64,000 nt of DNA from Victivallales bacterium (GCA_045114455.1 JBGUKN010000024.1:3904-67903), one strand, 5' to 3'. Positions 1 through 9,877 are shown, counted from the stretch's first letter. The notes: generated by a model not told the origin, from the letters alone. Made by a program: numbers and translations.

Positions 1-3000
1 AAGCCCTTCAGCATGGTGCCGAGAACCTTCAGGTTGATCAGCACATCGTCCACGATCAGAGCATTGTATCCGGTCAGATCGACCTTCGGGGTCGCTTTCT
101 GCTGTTTTACCGCTCCGCTGAAGGCATTGGCAGGGAGATCTCCGCCGGATGCCGTGCCGCCGTCCTTCGCCGCGGCACGCTCTTCCTTCGTCGGAATGAC
201 ATACGGGATGCTTTCGAATACGACGGTGAAGACGCTGCCTTTCCCCACCTCGCTGTCCACGTCGATTCTGCCGCCCATGGCCTTGATGAAACGGTCGCAG
301 ATGGCGAGTCCGAGTCCGGATCCCTTGTAGATATGGGTATCGCGGAACGCATCCTGCTGAACGAACGGCTCAAAGATTTTCTGCTTCTTGTCGGGGGAGA
401 TGCCGATGCCGGAGTCGCGGATGGCAATGGCAAGGCGGCATTTGCCCTGTTCCTTGATCTTGCACGAGACCTTGATGCCGACATATCCCTTGTCCGTGAA
501 CTTGAAAGCGTTTCCGAGAAGGTTGACCATGACCTGACGCAGGCGCGTGCGGTCCAGCACAACGAACGGCAGATCGTCCGGCATCACCAGCGGCTGCGCG
601 AGCTGCTTTTTCTCCGCAAGCGATTTGAACATGCCGACCATATCGACCAGGATCTGATGGACGTCGGTCTTCTCGTTCTGGAGTTCGATCTGTTCGGTCT
701 CGAGCTTGCATGTGTCGAGGATATTGCTGATGAGGTCCAGCAGGGTATGGCCCGCCACGGAAATGGATTTGAGGTATTCGAGCTGGCTTTCCCTGGAAAG
801 CGCATTGTTCTGCAGGAGCTCGCAGAATCCGATCACGGCGTTCAGCGGCGTGCGCAGTTCATGGCTCATGGAGGCGAGGAAGAGGCTCTTGGCCTTGTTG
901 GCGTCCTTCGCCTCGCGGAGCGCGGCCTCGAGTTTGCGCTGGCTCTCGTTCTCGACGGTCATGTCGAACCAGGCAAGCAGAATGTTTGCGAGTTCGCCGC
1001 CGATCATAATCGGATAGGCATGCACCATGTATTCCCTGCCGCCGAACGCAAGGGACTTCACATGCGGCTTGAAATCGGTCAGGACACCGCGGACGGGGCA
1101 GTCTTCCGGCGGTGCGCCCGCCTTGCAGAAAACCGTGTGGCAAAGCTCGTTTCTGAGGGAATCGGGGAAATCCAGAAGGTCCTTCTTCGCCGCGGAGTTC
1201 CGCTGGATCAGGTTGAGTTTGCGGTCCAGCAGGATCAACGGCAGCGGCAGGTTCTCCATGATGAGCTGTTTTTCATACTCGCCGCGTTCGAGTTTGGAGT
1301 GGATGAAACGGTATTCGAGCATGGCCTCCACGACATGCGCCGTGCCTTGAAGGAACTGCAGGGATTGATCGGAGAATTCGTGTTTCCCCTTCCGGTAAAC
1401 GGCTGTGAGATGCCCCCAGAGCTTGCCGTCGATGAAAACCGGCGAGAAACACATGCTGACCTTTTTCGGCCGTTTGTTTCCCGTCTGCGCGGCATCGTCC
1501 GGTCTTGTGAAGAGCGAGGCGGCGAAATCGTTCAGCACTACCGGCATGTGGTTGTTCAGGCGTTCCATCAGCTTGTCGTCTTTCTTGTCCGGGAACGGGA
1601 TGAAACGTTTTTCCTCGTCGACCGCCAGCGTGTCGGAGGATTCGCTGGCAAAGATCTCCATGCCTCCCTTTTCATAGCGGTAACGGAAGAGGCAGCAGTA
1701 GTCGGCGTTCATATGTTCCTTCACGCTGTGGACGATAAGGGACAGCACGTCGTTGGTCATGTCGACCGCGGTTGCGTCCGCGGAGAGCTTTTTCAGGGAG
1801 GCGTCGAACAGATCGTTCAGCTTTTTCTGGTTCTCAAGTCCCGATTTCAGTTCGTTCTGCGCCTGAAGAAGTTCCTCGACGTCATGGGAGATCCAGAATG
1901 CCGTATCGTGTCCGAACGTGCCCTTGTCCTCGAAAAGCGCCATTTCCACGGAACGGTGCCGGCTTCCCGTCGCCATCTGGAATTTCTGGGGCTCGCCGGT
2001 CGCAAACACCTCGTCCCATGCATGACGGAACGTCTCGTCCGCATATTCCGGGAGCTCGTTCACGGGGAACCGCACGATGCCGCTTTCCTCTCCGAATTTG
2101 CCTACATGAATAAAGTGCGCGATGCCGTTGCGGCTGCCGACGACGATCCGGCTCGGGATCTGCTTGAATACGGCGCGGAGCAGTTTCAGCAGACGCCTGC
2201 GGTAATAATCCCATACAAGGATGTAGCCGATCAAAGCGAGAATGAGAACGGCGGCAAACGTTACGGCGACCAGACCGCGGGCATTCTCCCGGCGGAATAT
2301 CGTCCGCGAATCCATGCCGACGACCAGATTGTTCGCGCTGGTGCGCCAATTGATCCCGAACCGCTGGAAACTGCTTGCCGTGATGATCCTTCTGGCATTG
2401 ATCGTTTCCCAGATCCCCTCCGTGTCGCGAGCGTTCTCCAGACAGCGGTCAATCAGTCCGTTCAGCTTGTCGACCGCCGCCTCGGACGGGCATACCATGC
2501 CGCCGGCGATGGGAAACGAGAACAGGGATTCGTTCACGGCGAAGACCGGGACGTCGGGATTGAGGCAGAGACGCGCCAGGAAAAACGACGGGGAGACCAG
2601 GCTTACAGCGTCGGGTCCGTGCCACGAATGGAACAGTACCGCGGAATCCTTGCCGCATTCGCTCACGCGACGGATCATTTCCGGCGTATCGACCGTCCGG
2701 TTGTCGATGATCACGCATTCCGCGTCCGGATGCGACTCCTTCAGGCTTTTCTTCACATCCTCTATGAACTCTTTGCCGGTTTCCGTGCGTCCGGCAAGGG
2801 GGATGATGCGCTTCGTGCCCGGGAAGACCTGAAAGATCAGGTCGAGCGATTTCTCAGGTGGAGAGTCCAGGATTACGCCGCCGATGTTCGTGCGTTTGCC
2901 GAAATCGGTTTCCGCCGGCTTCTTTTCGCAGTAAAGCAGCAGTGGTATCTTCTCCGGGATCAAGTCGCAGTTCCGGATCAGATAAGGCAGGAGTTCCTGT

Positions 3001-3494
3001 CCGATGCAGACCACGGTGGCGACCTCGCCGCCGTCCAGTATGGTCTTCAGTTCGTCAAAGCGTGTCCGGATATCTTCCTCCGAGTCGTGCAGGATGTCGA
3101 ATTCCCTTCGCATCACTACATAGGAATCCCCGAGCTCCGCCACATGCTTCGAAACGCAGTCCGACACATAAGTATATTTCGCATAGGAGGCTGCAAACGG
3201 GAAAAGCAGGAGCACGCCGCGCGGATTGGCCGTCCCGGCGGACGCCGTCGTCTGCACGTCCTGCCGTCCGGGGGAAACGGACGCGGAGGATCCTGATGCC
3301 CCGCCAACAGGTCCGTCCTCCTTTACCCCCGATTCCTCTTCCCCTGCTTCCACCGCTTCAATAGCATAACCGGATTCCTCTTCCGCATCCTGAGCATAAA
3401 GAACCGCGGAAGCAAAGGACAGAAGGACCAGGAAGAAAAGAACAGACCGGCCGGTCATGGAGGAAAAGCCTGGCAGATGGATCAAACGTTTCAT
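1..3494 (-). CDS. Hybrid sensor histidine kinase / response regulator (3' end runs off the left edge)
   Basis: Absent from the ORF track because its stop lies outside the window. Hand translation of the minus strand from the ATG at 3494 gives MKRLIHLPGFSSMTGRSVLFFLVLLSFASAVLYA (signal/TM). This is followed by a periplasmic binding-protein-like region, a TM (LVAVTFAAVLILALIGYILVW), PAS/GAF-like regions and the H-box ASMSHELRTPLNAV (around 840-870). N/G boxes are LLGNAFKFT, DSGIGI and GSGLGLAI, and a receiver domain starts with ALIVDDVLINLKV at 1-80. The + ORF 333..3296 is its antisense shadow. Confidence 0.9.
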   Translation of the reverse strand, partial: MKRLIHLPGFSSMTGRSVLFFLVLLSFASAVLYAQDAEEESGYAIEAVEAGEEESGVKEDGPVGGASGSSASVSPGRQDVQTTASAGTANPRGVLLLFPFAASYAKYTYVSDCVSKHVAELGDSYVVMRREFDILHDSEEDIRTRFDELKTILDGGEVATVVCIGQELLPYLIRNCDLIPEKIPLLLYCEKKPAETDFGKRTNIGGVILDSPPEKSLDLIFQVFPGTKRIIPLAGRTETGKEFIEDVKKSLKESHPDAECVIIDNRTVDTPEMIRRVSECGKDSAVLFHSWHGPDAVSLVSPSFFLARLCLNPDVPVFAVNESLFSFPIAGGMVCPSEAAVDKLNGLIDRCLENARDTEGIWETINARRIITASSFQRFGINWRTSANNLVVGMDSRTIFRRENARGLVAVTFAAVLILALIGYILVWDYYRRRLLKLLRAVFKQIPSRIVVGSRNGIAHFIHVGKFGEESGIVRFPVNELPEYADETFRHAWDEVFATGEPQKFQMATGSRHRSVEMALFEDKGTFGHDTAFWISHDVEELLQAQNELKSGLENQKKLNDLFDASLKKLSADATAVDMTNDVLSLIVHSVKEHMNADYCCLFRYRYEKGGMEIFASESSDTLAVDEEKRFIPFPDKKDDKLMERLNNHMPVVLNDFAASLFTRPDDAAQTGNKRPKKVSMCFSPVFIDGKLWGHLTAVYRKGKHEFSDQSLQFLQGTAHVVEAMLEYRFIHSKLERGEYEKQLIMENLPLPLILLDRKLNLIQRNSAAKKDLLDFPDSLRNELCHTVFCKAGAPPEDCPVRGVLTDFKPHVKSLAFGGREYMVHAYPIMIGGELANILLAWFDMTVENESQRKLEAALREAKDANKAKSLFLASMSHELRTPLNAVIGFCELLQNNALSRESQLEYLKSISVAGHTLLDLISNILDTCKLETEQIELQNEKTDVHQILVDMVGMFKSLAEKKQLAQPLVMPDDLPFVVLDRTRLRQVMVNLLGNAFKFTDKGYVGIKVSCKIKEQGKCRLAIAIRDSGIGISPDKKQKIFEPFVQQDAFRDTHIYKGSGLGLAICDRFIKAMGGRIDVDSEVGKGSVFTVVFESIPYVIPTKEERAAAKDGGTASGGDLPANAFSGAVKQQKATPKVDLTGYNALIVDDVLINLKVLGTMLKG

Positions 3495-3793
3495 ATTGCT
3501 TGAAGGATAGGTTGACATCAGGGGGGAACAACAGGCGGTTTGTCTTATTGTCTTTTCTAAAAGGTAATTTACATCCCTGCCCGTGTTTTTTCAACAGGAT
3601 TTTGATTGTTTTTTCATATTTTTCCTTCATTCCGCAGAAAACGGAACCGGAATCGGTTTTTCCGCTTGAAGACAGCCTGCGGATTTCCAAAAAAGTGAAG
3701 AATATCTTCTTCTTTCCAGTTGAAGTTCCGGCGTTCCGGCTGTATCTTATTAGGATACTGTTTTTTTTGCCCGTATGCGGGCATCCGCATATT

Positions 3794-5524
3794 ATGAACA
3801 CCCGGCAGTCCGGAAAGGCTTGTTCCGTGAATCAGCAGGACACAATTCAAACGCAACCGATGGAGACCGCGCCGGCCGAAGATCACGGCCCGGCGGCTGC
3901 ACGTTCCCGCACCGGGATCGGACGCTCCGCGCGCATTATGCTCGTGTTCGCGTTCCTGATCCCGTTCGTGTGGCTGGGCGCCCTCCGCATCTGCGTGATG
4001 AAGACCGGCGAGAATTCGCAGGACGCGCTGTACCATGCGATGATGGCGAAGCTCGGACCGGGCGTGTATGCTGCGAAACAGTTCCCGTGGACGCAGATGT
4101 CCGTATGGAAAGATCATTTCGCGGACAAGGAACTGATGTATCACGCCGGGTTGAACGTCATCTTTGCCATTGAAAAAACGTTCGGCGCAGCCTTGAATCC
4201 GCCATTCCACACTGCCGCGCTGTTTTATTCCGGGCTTGCGATCCTGGGCTGTCTCTTCGCCGCCCGGCGGCTCGGCGTGCGTCCGCTCTTTCTCCTGCTC
4301 GGGGCGCCTTTCTTTTCGGTTATCGTGCCGAACTACACGTTCCGTCTTTCCGTGCTCCGTCCGCACATCCTGTCCATTGCGTTCCTGACTTTCACCACCG
4401 GACTGCTTGCGAAAGGTTCGTTCCGGTTCCGGCTGGCGGTAGTCGGCGTGCTGTCGTTCTGTTTCGCATGGAGTTACTCCAATCCGCATTTCATCGTGAT
4501 CATCCCGCTGGTCTTTGCCCTGGCGCGGCTGAAGAGCGGCGGCTGGCGCGAACTCTGGCTTCCTGCTTTGTCGCTCGGCGGGGTCCTGCTCGGCCTTCTG
4601 CTTCATCCCCAGTTTCCGAACTCGTTCATCATTTGGAAAGTCCAGTCGTGGGACGCTTTGATCGCCCCGATGATGGCGGGCGTCCGCCTCGCCAAGCCCA
4701 GCGAAATGCTCTCGCCCCACTTCGGGTTCAACAGGACCGTTGCCCCGCTCTATCTCCTTGCCTGGTGCGTTCTGATGATGTTCGTGCGCCTGACGGAACG
4801 CAAGGGCCTGTGGAAGATCGACCCGAATATCATCGCCGTCACGGTCCTGGCAGGCGGGTTCACCGCCGGCATTTTCGTTGCGGCGCGTTCCGTGGAATAT
4901 GCCGGGCCGTTCGTTGCGATCGCGTTTCTGCTCCTGCTGGAGCACATGACGCGTGAAGGACTCCGTCTGCCGCTGAGCCGGTTCCACTGGGGCGTTCCGT
5001 GCCTGCTGGCGGTCCTTTCGTTCGGCCTGGGCGTCTATTCTTCGCACTACTTCAAAAAGGAATGTCCGCAGGTGCTGGTCCAGCCGCTGCCGAAAATAAC
5101 CGCTTTCCTGAAGGAAAACGTGCCCGCCGGACGCCCGGTCGTCAACCTGGACTGGAGCGATTTCCCCGCGCTCTTCTACAACGACCAGGACCATCTGTGG
5201 CAGTGGGGCATGGACCCGATGTTTTCGTATTCGTGCGACCCGCGCCGGACGCTGCTTCTGACCTCGACGACGCCCGGGCTCGGCGGCGACCCGTACCCGG
5301 ACGACGTCTACAGGGCATTCAATACGAAATACGCCGTGCTTCTCTGGCCGCGCATTTCCCAGGCATCCTACCTTTACGAACACGGCTGGAAGATCGTAAA
5401 GACTTATACCGATCCCGGCGAGGAAGAGGGCTGGATCTTCGCGCTTGACGAGCGCCTCCTCTATCCGCAGCCGGGCAGTTTCGGAAAACAGCAGAAGGAA
5501 TCGACCGACTCGATCACGAACTGA
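3794..5524 (+). CDS. Polytopic integral membrane protein, possibly a GT-C (ArnT/PMT-like) glycosyltransferase
   Basis: ORF 3500..5524. I prefer the start at ATG 3794 (MNTRQSGK) because 3500-3793 is AT-rich and looks like a divergent promoter region. The protein has about 11-13 hydrophobic segments and then a roughly 170-aa soluble C-terminal domain. The product call rests on architecture only. Confidence 0.7.
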   Translation: MNTRQSGKACSVNQQDTIQTQPMETAPAEDHGPAAARSRTGIGRSARIMLVFAFLIPFVWLGALRICVMKTGENSQDALYHAMMAKLGPGVYAAKQFPWTQMSVWKDHFADKELMYHAGLNVIFAIEKTFGAALNPPFHTAALFYSGLAILGCLFAARRLGVRPLFLLLGAPFFSVIVPNYTFRLSVLRPHILSIAFLTFTTGLLAKGSFRFRLAVVGVLSFCFAWSYSNPHFIVIIPLVFALARLKSGGWRELWLPALSLGGVLLGLLLHPQFPNSFIIWKVQSWDALIAPMMAGVRLAKPSEMLSPHFGFNRTVAPLYLLAWCVLMMFVRLTERKGLWKIDPNIIAVTVLAGGFTAGIFVAARSVEYAGPFVAIAFLLLLEHMTREGLRLPLSRFHWGVPCLLAVLSFGLGVYSSHYFKKECPQVLVQPLPKITAFLKENVPAGRPVVNLDWSDFPALFYNDQDHLWQWGMDPMFSYSCDPRRTLLLTSTTPGLGGDPYPDDVYRAFNTKYAVLLWPRISQASYLYEHGWKIVKTYTDPGEEEGWIFALDERLLYPQPGSFGKQQKESTDSITN

Positions 5525-5555
5525 ATTCAACCGAACGTTAAACATAACATACCAC

Positions 5556-5668
5556 ATGAGCAGGGGAGTCCGCCAAGGCGGGCTGAGAGGAAGCCGAGAG
5601 GGCTTCGACCCGTATGCGCCGGACACGGCGCATGAGACCTGATCCGGATCATGCCGGCGAAGGGATTT
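5556..5668 (+). promoter_or_regulatory. TPP (THI-box) riboswitch upstream of thiC
   Basis: Shows the conserved riboswitch cores: GGGGAGTC...GGCTGAGAGG (CTGAGA at 5583-5588) ...GACCCGT... and GAGACCTGATCCGGATCATGCCGGCGAAGGGA (5635-5665). It lies directly 5' of the thiC RBS AAGGAG (5701-5706). Confidence 0.9.
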
Positions 5669-5712
5669 GCCGATGGATGCTTTCCTGCTCAAACAACGAC
5701 AAGGAGTCCCGC

Positions 5713-7020
5713 ATGAAAGCAGACATGACCCAGATGGACGCCGCGAAACAGGGCGTCGTAACCCCCGAAATGGCCGCCGTGGCCGCCTCGGAATATCTTT
5801 CGCCGGAGTTCATCCGCGATGGTGTCGCCGCCGGTACGATCGTGATCCCCGCGAATGTGAACCACACCAGTTTGAAGCCGATGGGCATCGGACGCGCTCT
5901 CCGCACCAAGATCAATTCCAACATCGGAAATTCCCAGACCTCCAGCTGCCCGAAAAATGAGTTCGAAAAGCTCGAAACTTCCCTCAAGTTCGGCGCCGAC
6001 ACCATCATGGACCTCAGCACGCGCGGCGACCTGGCGGTCTTCCGCAAGGCGCTCATCGAACAGTCCCCGATCCCGGTCGGCACCGTGCCGGTCTACGAAA
6101 TCGCCGCCAGGGCAGGCGCGGGCAAGTTCGACCGCGACACGATCCTCCAGGTCATCGAGGATCAGGCGAAACAGGGTGTGGACTACATGACCATCCATGC
6201 CGGGCTCCTCGCGAAACACATTCCCGCGGCGCTGAAACGCAAGCTCGGCATCGTCAGCCGCGGCGGCGCCCTCATCGCCGCCTGGATCGGCGACCACAAG
6301 ATGGAGAACCCCTTTTACGACGCGTTCGACGACATCCTCAAGATCTGTCGCGACTATGAAGTGACGCTCTCCCTTGGCGACGGGCTCCGGCCCGGTTGCA
6401 TCGCCGACGCCTCCGACGAGGCGCAGTTCGGCGAACTGGACGTGATCGGCGAGCTGGTGCAGCGCTGCCGCGCGGCGAACGTCCAGGCCATGGTCGAAGG
6501 ACCCGGCCATGTGCCGTTCAACCAGATCGAGATGAACATGAAGCGAGAACAGCAGGTCTGCGGCGACGCGCCGTTCTACATCCTCGGCCCGGTCGTCACC
6601 GACTGCGCGCCCGGCTACGACCACATGGTCGCCGCGATGGGCGGCCTCGCTGGCGCGTACTGGGGCGCGGCGATGCTCTGCTACGTGACTCCGAAGGAGC
6701 ATCTCGGACTCCCGGACAACGAGGATGTCCGCCGCGGCGTCGTGGCGTTCAAGATCGCCGCCCATGCCGCCGACGTTGCGCTCGGCAAACCGCACGCGCA
6801 GGAACGCGACGACGCCATTTCCGATGCGCGCGCCGCGTTCGACTGGGAACGGCAGTTCGAATTTGCGCTCGACCCGGACCGTGCCCGCGAATACCGCCGC
6901 GCCGCGCTTCAGGAGAGCCATTGCGCCGAGGATGCCGCGTCCGGCAAATACTGCACGATGTGCGGCCCGGATTTCTGCTCCGTCCGTCTCTCGAACAAAC
7001 TCAAGGGCATGAAGGAATGA
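5713..7020 (+). CDS. thiC: Phosphomethylpyrimidine synthase ThiC
   Basis: MKADMTQMDAAKQGVVTPEMAAVA... with the C-terminal Fe-S motif CTMCGPDFC. Start is ATG 5713, placed after the AAGGAG RBS. The track's longer start at 5614 would overlap the riboswitch. Confidence 0.95.
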   Translation: MKADMTQMDAAKQGVVTPEMAAVAASEYLSPEFIRDGVAAGTIVIPANVNHTSLKPMGIGRALRTKINSNIGNSQTSSCPKNEFEKLETSLKFGADTIMDLSTRGDLAVFRKALIEQSPIPVGTVPVYEIAARAGAGKFDRDTILQVIEDQAKQGVDYMTIHAGLLAKHIPAALKRKLGIVSRGGALIAAWIGDHKMENPFYDAFDDILKICRDYEVTLSLGDGLRPGCIADASDEAQFGELDVIGELVQRCRAANVQAMVEGPGHVPFNQIEMNMKREQQVCGDAPFYILGPVVTDCAPGYDHMVAAMGGLAGAYWGAAMLCYVTPKEHLGLPDNEDVRRGVVAFKIAAHAADVALGKPHAQERDDAISDARAAFDWERQFEFALDPDRAREYRRAALQESHCAEDAASGKYCTMCGPDFCSVRLSNKLKGMKE

Positions 7021-7021
7021 G

Positions 7022-7858
7022 GTGAACGCCATGCTGATCCGCTGTTTTTCACGGGTGCGGGAGAAACACCCGCTCGTCGAGTGCTTCGCGAACGTCGTCA
7101 CCACGAACGGCTGCGCCAATATGCTGCTCGCGGCCGGAGCCTCGCCCGTCATGGCCGACGATCCGGTCGGCGCGATTGAATTTACCGAAAAGGCCGATGC
7201 CCTCTCCATCAACATCGGCACGTTCACGCCGACCTTCCGCGACGCCATCCGGGGCGCGCAGGAGACCGCGCTCCGCCGCGGCATCCCGGTCCTGCTCGAT
7301 CCGGTCGGGACCGGATGCGCGCCGTCCCGCACGGAACTCTCGCTTGAAATCCTGAAGCGCGGCGTCTCCATCGTGCGCTGCAACCGGTCCGAGGCGAACG
7401 CCCTGCTCGGGCTCGGCGGCTCCACGCATGGCGTTGACGCCTCGCCGGACGACGCGATCACGGAGGAGACGCTCGACCGCGCCGTGGCTGATGTGCGCGC
7501 GCTTGCCGCCAAGTACGACTGCGTGTTTGCCGTGACCGGCGCGATCGACCTTGTCGGCGGCACGGACGGACGCGTCGCGGTCATCCGCGGCGGCCACGAG
7601 ATCATGGCGAAGGTCACGGGGTCCGGATGCATGCTGTCCGCCCTGGCCGCGGCCTATGCCGGAGCCGAACCGAAATTCGTGTTCGAGGCGACCGCCGCCG
7701 CGCTTGCCGCCTACGGAGTCTGCGGGGAGATCGCCTATGAATCCCTGAAGCCGGGCGAAGGGTGCGGCACGTTCGCGGTGCGGCTCTTCGACGCCGTCGG
7801 CAACCTGGACGTCACCACGCTTCACGAAAGGCTCGATTATGAAGTCCGTCAGGCCTGA
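7022..7858 (+). CDS. thiM: Hydroxyethylthiazole kinase ThiM
   Basis: REKHPLVECFANVVTTNGCANMLLAAGASPVMA... and ...KVTGSGCMLSAL are typical ThiM sequences. The GTG start at 7022 may instead be the ATG at 7031. Confidence 0.9.
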   Translation: MNAMLIRCFSRVREKHPLVECFANVVTTNGCANMLLAAGASPVMADDPVGAIEFTEKADALSINIGTFTPTFRDAIRGAQETALRRGIPVLLDPVGTGCAPSRTELSLEILKRGVSIVRCNRSEANALLGLGGSTHGVDASPDDAITEETLDRAVADVRALAAKYDCVFAVTGAIDLVGGTDGRVAVIRGGHEIMAKVTGSGCMLSALAAAYAGAEPKFVFEATAAALAAYGVCGEIAYESLKPGEGCGTFAVRLFDAVGNLDVTTLHERLDYEVRQA

Positions 7859-9107
7859 TTACCTCAAACTTTACGCCATCACCGACGACGGCCCGAATCT
7901 GCTTGAACGCGTCCGCCTCGCGCTCGAAGGCGGCGCCACCTGCATCCAACACCGGGCGAAAGGCGCGTCGTTCGAGGCCGCTAAAGCCGACGCGCTCGCG
8001 ATCCAGTCGCTTTGCCGCGAATTCAACGTGCCGTTCATCGTGAACGATTCGCTCGAACTCGCGCTGGCGATCGGCGCGGACGGCCTGCACGTGGGGCAGA
8101 GCGACACCGCCGCACGCGAGGCCCGGCGCGCGCTCGGTCCCGACGCGATCCTGGGCGTTTCCGCGGCTACCGTGGCGGAGGCAGTCCGGGCGGAACAGGA
8201 CGGAGCGGACTATCTCGGCGTCGGGGCTGTCTTCCCGACCTCGACCAAACTCGATGCGACGTGCGTGACGCATACCGCGCTCCGGGCAATCTGCGGCGCG
8301 GTGAACATCCCCGTGGTCGCCATCGGCGGCATCCACGCGGGCAACCTGCTCCAGCTCGAACGCAGCGGCATCGCGGGCGTTTCGGTCGTGTCCGCCGTCT
8401 TCGGCGCGCCGGACGTGAAAGCGGCGGCGCGCGAGCTCAAATCGCTTGTCGGCCAAGCGGATTTCGCGCTCCCGGATGAAACCGGCATGATCCTGGATTT
8501 CGACGGGACCGTGCTCGATTCCATGCAGGTCTGGCTCGGACTCGCGCAGGACTTCCTCCGCGCGAACGGCGCCGAGCCGCGTCCCGACCTGGACGAACAG
8601 CTCGCGAACTGCGCCGACCTGATCGCCGGTGCCGACTGGCTTCAGAAGGAATACGGCCTGAAACTCACGCCGGAAGAAACATTGCAGGGGTTGCTCGACC
8701 TGCTGAACGCGCGCTACATGGCGTGCAAGCTCAAACCCGGCGCGGAGGAGTTCGTTCGCGAAGCCGGCCGGCGCGGGTTCCGCCTCGTCATCGGCACCGC
8801 CAGCGACCGCAAGGCCGTCGAAGCCATCCTCGCAAAGCACGGCATGCTCGATCTTTTCCTCGACATCATCACCACCGGCGAGACCGGCCTCGACAAAAAG
8901 GATCCGGCGTTCTACTGGACCGCGCTTGAACGCCTCGGCACGCGCAGAAACGCCACCTGGCTCTTCGACGATGCGCCGTTCTGCCTTGAGACCGCCCGTT
9001 CGTGCGGACTCCGTACAGCCGGGGTGCGGGACATGTTTTTCTCCGAGGCGGATTTCACCGGAGCCGACTGTGTGCTGAACCGCCTCGACGAGTGGTTCCG
9101 CGCATGA
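7839..9107 (+). CDS. thiE: Thiamine-phosphate synthase ThiE fused to a C-terminal HAD-family hydrolase
   Basis: The N-terminal ~205 aa look like ThiE (LYAITDD..., IQHRAK, VNDSLELALAIGADGLHVGQSD, GVGAVFPTSTK). The C-terminal ~200 aa carry HAD motifs: DFDGT (motif I), GTASDR (motif II) and LFDDAP (motif IV). The start overlaps the end of thiM. Confidence 0.9.
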   Translation: MKSVRPDYLKLYAITDDGPNLLERVRLALEGGATCIQHRAKGASFEAAKADALAIQSLCREFNVPFIVNDSLELALAIGADGLHVGQSDTAAREARRALGPDAILGVSAATVAEAVRAEQDGADYLGVGAVFPTSTKLDATCVTHTALRAICGAVNIPVVAIGGIHAGNLLQLERSGIAGVSVVSAVFGAPDVKAAARELKSLVGQADFALPDETGMILDFDGTVLDSMQVWLGLAQDFLRANGAEPRPDLDEQLANCADLIAGADWLQKEYGLKLTPEETLQGLLDLLNARYMACKLKPGAEEFVREAGRRGFRLVIGTASDRKAVEAILAKHGMLDLFLDIITTGETGLDKKDPAFYWTALERLGTRRNATWLFDDAPFCLETARSCGLRTAGVRDMFFSEADFTGADCVLNRLDEWFRA

Positions 9108-9877
9108 AGACCGTCCTGTCCATAGCCGCGTCCGACCCGAGCGGCGGCGCCGGGATCCAGGCCGACCTTCGCGCCATCGCCGCGCATGGACTTTACGGGA
9201 TGGCGGTGCCGACCGCGCTCACGGTGCAGAACACGCTGGGCGTGACCGGAGTTCTGGTCCCGGAACCGGAGTTCCTGGCGCGGCAGCTTCGCGCCGTGCT
9301 GTCCGACATCCGGCCCGACGCCGTGAAGATCGGCTCGATGCCCGGCGCGGACCACGCCCGCGTGACAGCCGAACTCCTGCGGGAATTCGAAATCGGGAAC
9401 GTCGTGTTCGATCCCGTGCTGGCGTCCACCAGCGGCGCCGCGCTCGGCACGGTTGAAGCCGTCGGGATCCTCGCGCCGTGCGTGTCGCTCCTCACGCCGA
9501 ACCTGCCGGAAGCGGCAAGTCTCCTCGGCCGCGATTCCGCGGAACCCGCCACGCCGGATCAGATCGAATCCGCCGCGAACGAGCTTGCGGCGCGCTTCGG
9601 GACCGCGATCCTGCTGAAGGGCGGACACCGCACCGACGGTTCGTTCGATGATTTCTTCTTCGTCCCCGGAAAGGAAGGGGTATGGCTTCCGACCCGGACT
9701 GCACCGCCGTGCGGCAACCACGGCACGGGCTGCCTCCTGTCCAGCTCCATCGCATGCGGACTTGCGTCCGGCGCGTCCATGCTCGAAAGCATCCGCCGCG
9801 CCAAGGAACGCCTTTCCGACGCGCTTGCCCGCGGGCTTTCCCTCGGACACGGAAACAGCCCGGTCGATTTCCGCTGA
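9104..9877 (+). CDS. thiD: Hydroxymethylpyrimidine/phosphomethylpyrimidine kinase ThiD
   Basis: MKTVLSIAASDPSGGAGIQADLRAIAAHG..., LLKGGH, GTGCLLSSSIA. ATG 9104 overlaps the thiE::HAD stop as ATGA. Confidence 0.95.
   Translation: MKTVLSIAASDPSGGAGIQADLRAIAAHGLYGMAVPTALTVQNTLGVTGVLVPEPEFLARQLRAVLSDIRPDAVKIGSMPGADHARVTAELLREFEIGNVVFDPVLASTSGAALGTVEAVGILAPCVSLLTPNLPEAASLLGRDSAEPATPDQIESAANELAARFGTAILLKGGHRTDGSFDDFFFVPGKEGVWLPTRTAPPCGNHGTGCLLSSSIACGLASGASMLESIRRAKERLSDALARGLSLGHGNSPVDFR

Noticed and set aside
333-3296. 987-aa + strand ORF, the longest ORF in the track at the left end
   Set aside because: It is low-complexity, rich in R/A/G/L/D/E/V, and has no recognisable motif. It is codon-aligned antisense to a minus-strand gene that translates into a textbook hybrid histidine kinase (H-box, N/G boxes, receiver). 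This is a shadow ORF typical of high-GC DNA.
3500-3793. N-terminal 98 codons of track ORF 3500..5524
   Set aside because: The segment is AT-rich and non-protein-like (FFNRILIVFSYFSFIPQK). It lies in the divergent promoter region between the histidine kinase and the membrane protein. ATG 3794 or 3860 is more plausible.
5614-5712. N-terminal extension of thiC from the track start at 5614
   Set aside because: It would be translated through the TPP riboswitch aptamer. ATG 5713 has a perfect AAGGAG RBS and matches the usual ThiC N-terminus.
3614-7632. Long minus-strand ORFs 3614..5692 (692 aa) and 5689..7632 (647 aa)
   Set aside because: They are antisense to the membrane protein, thiC and thiM, which have clear family signatures. 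The minus-strand products are Arg/Gly/Ala-rich with no motifs.
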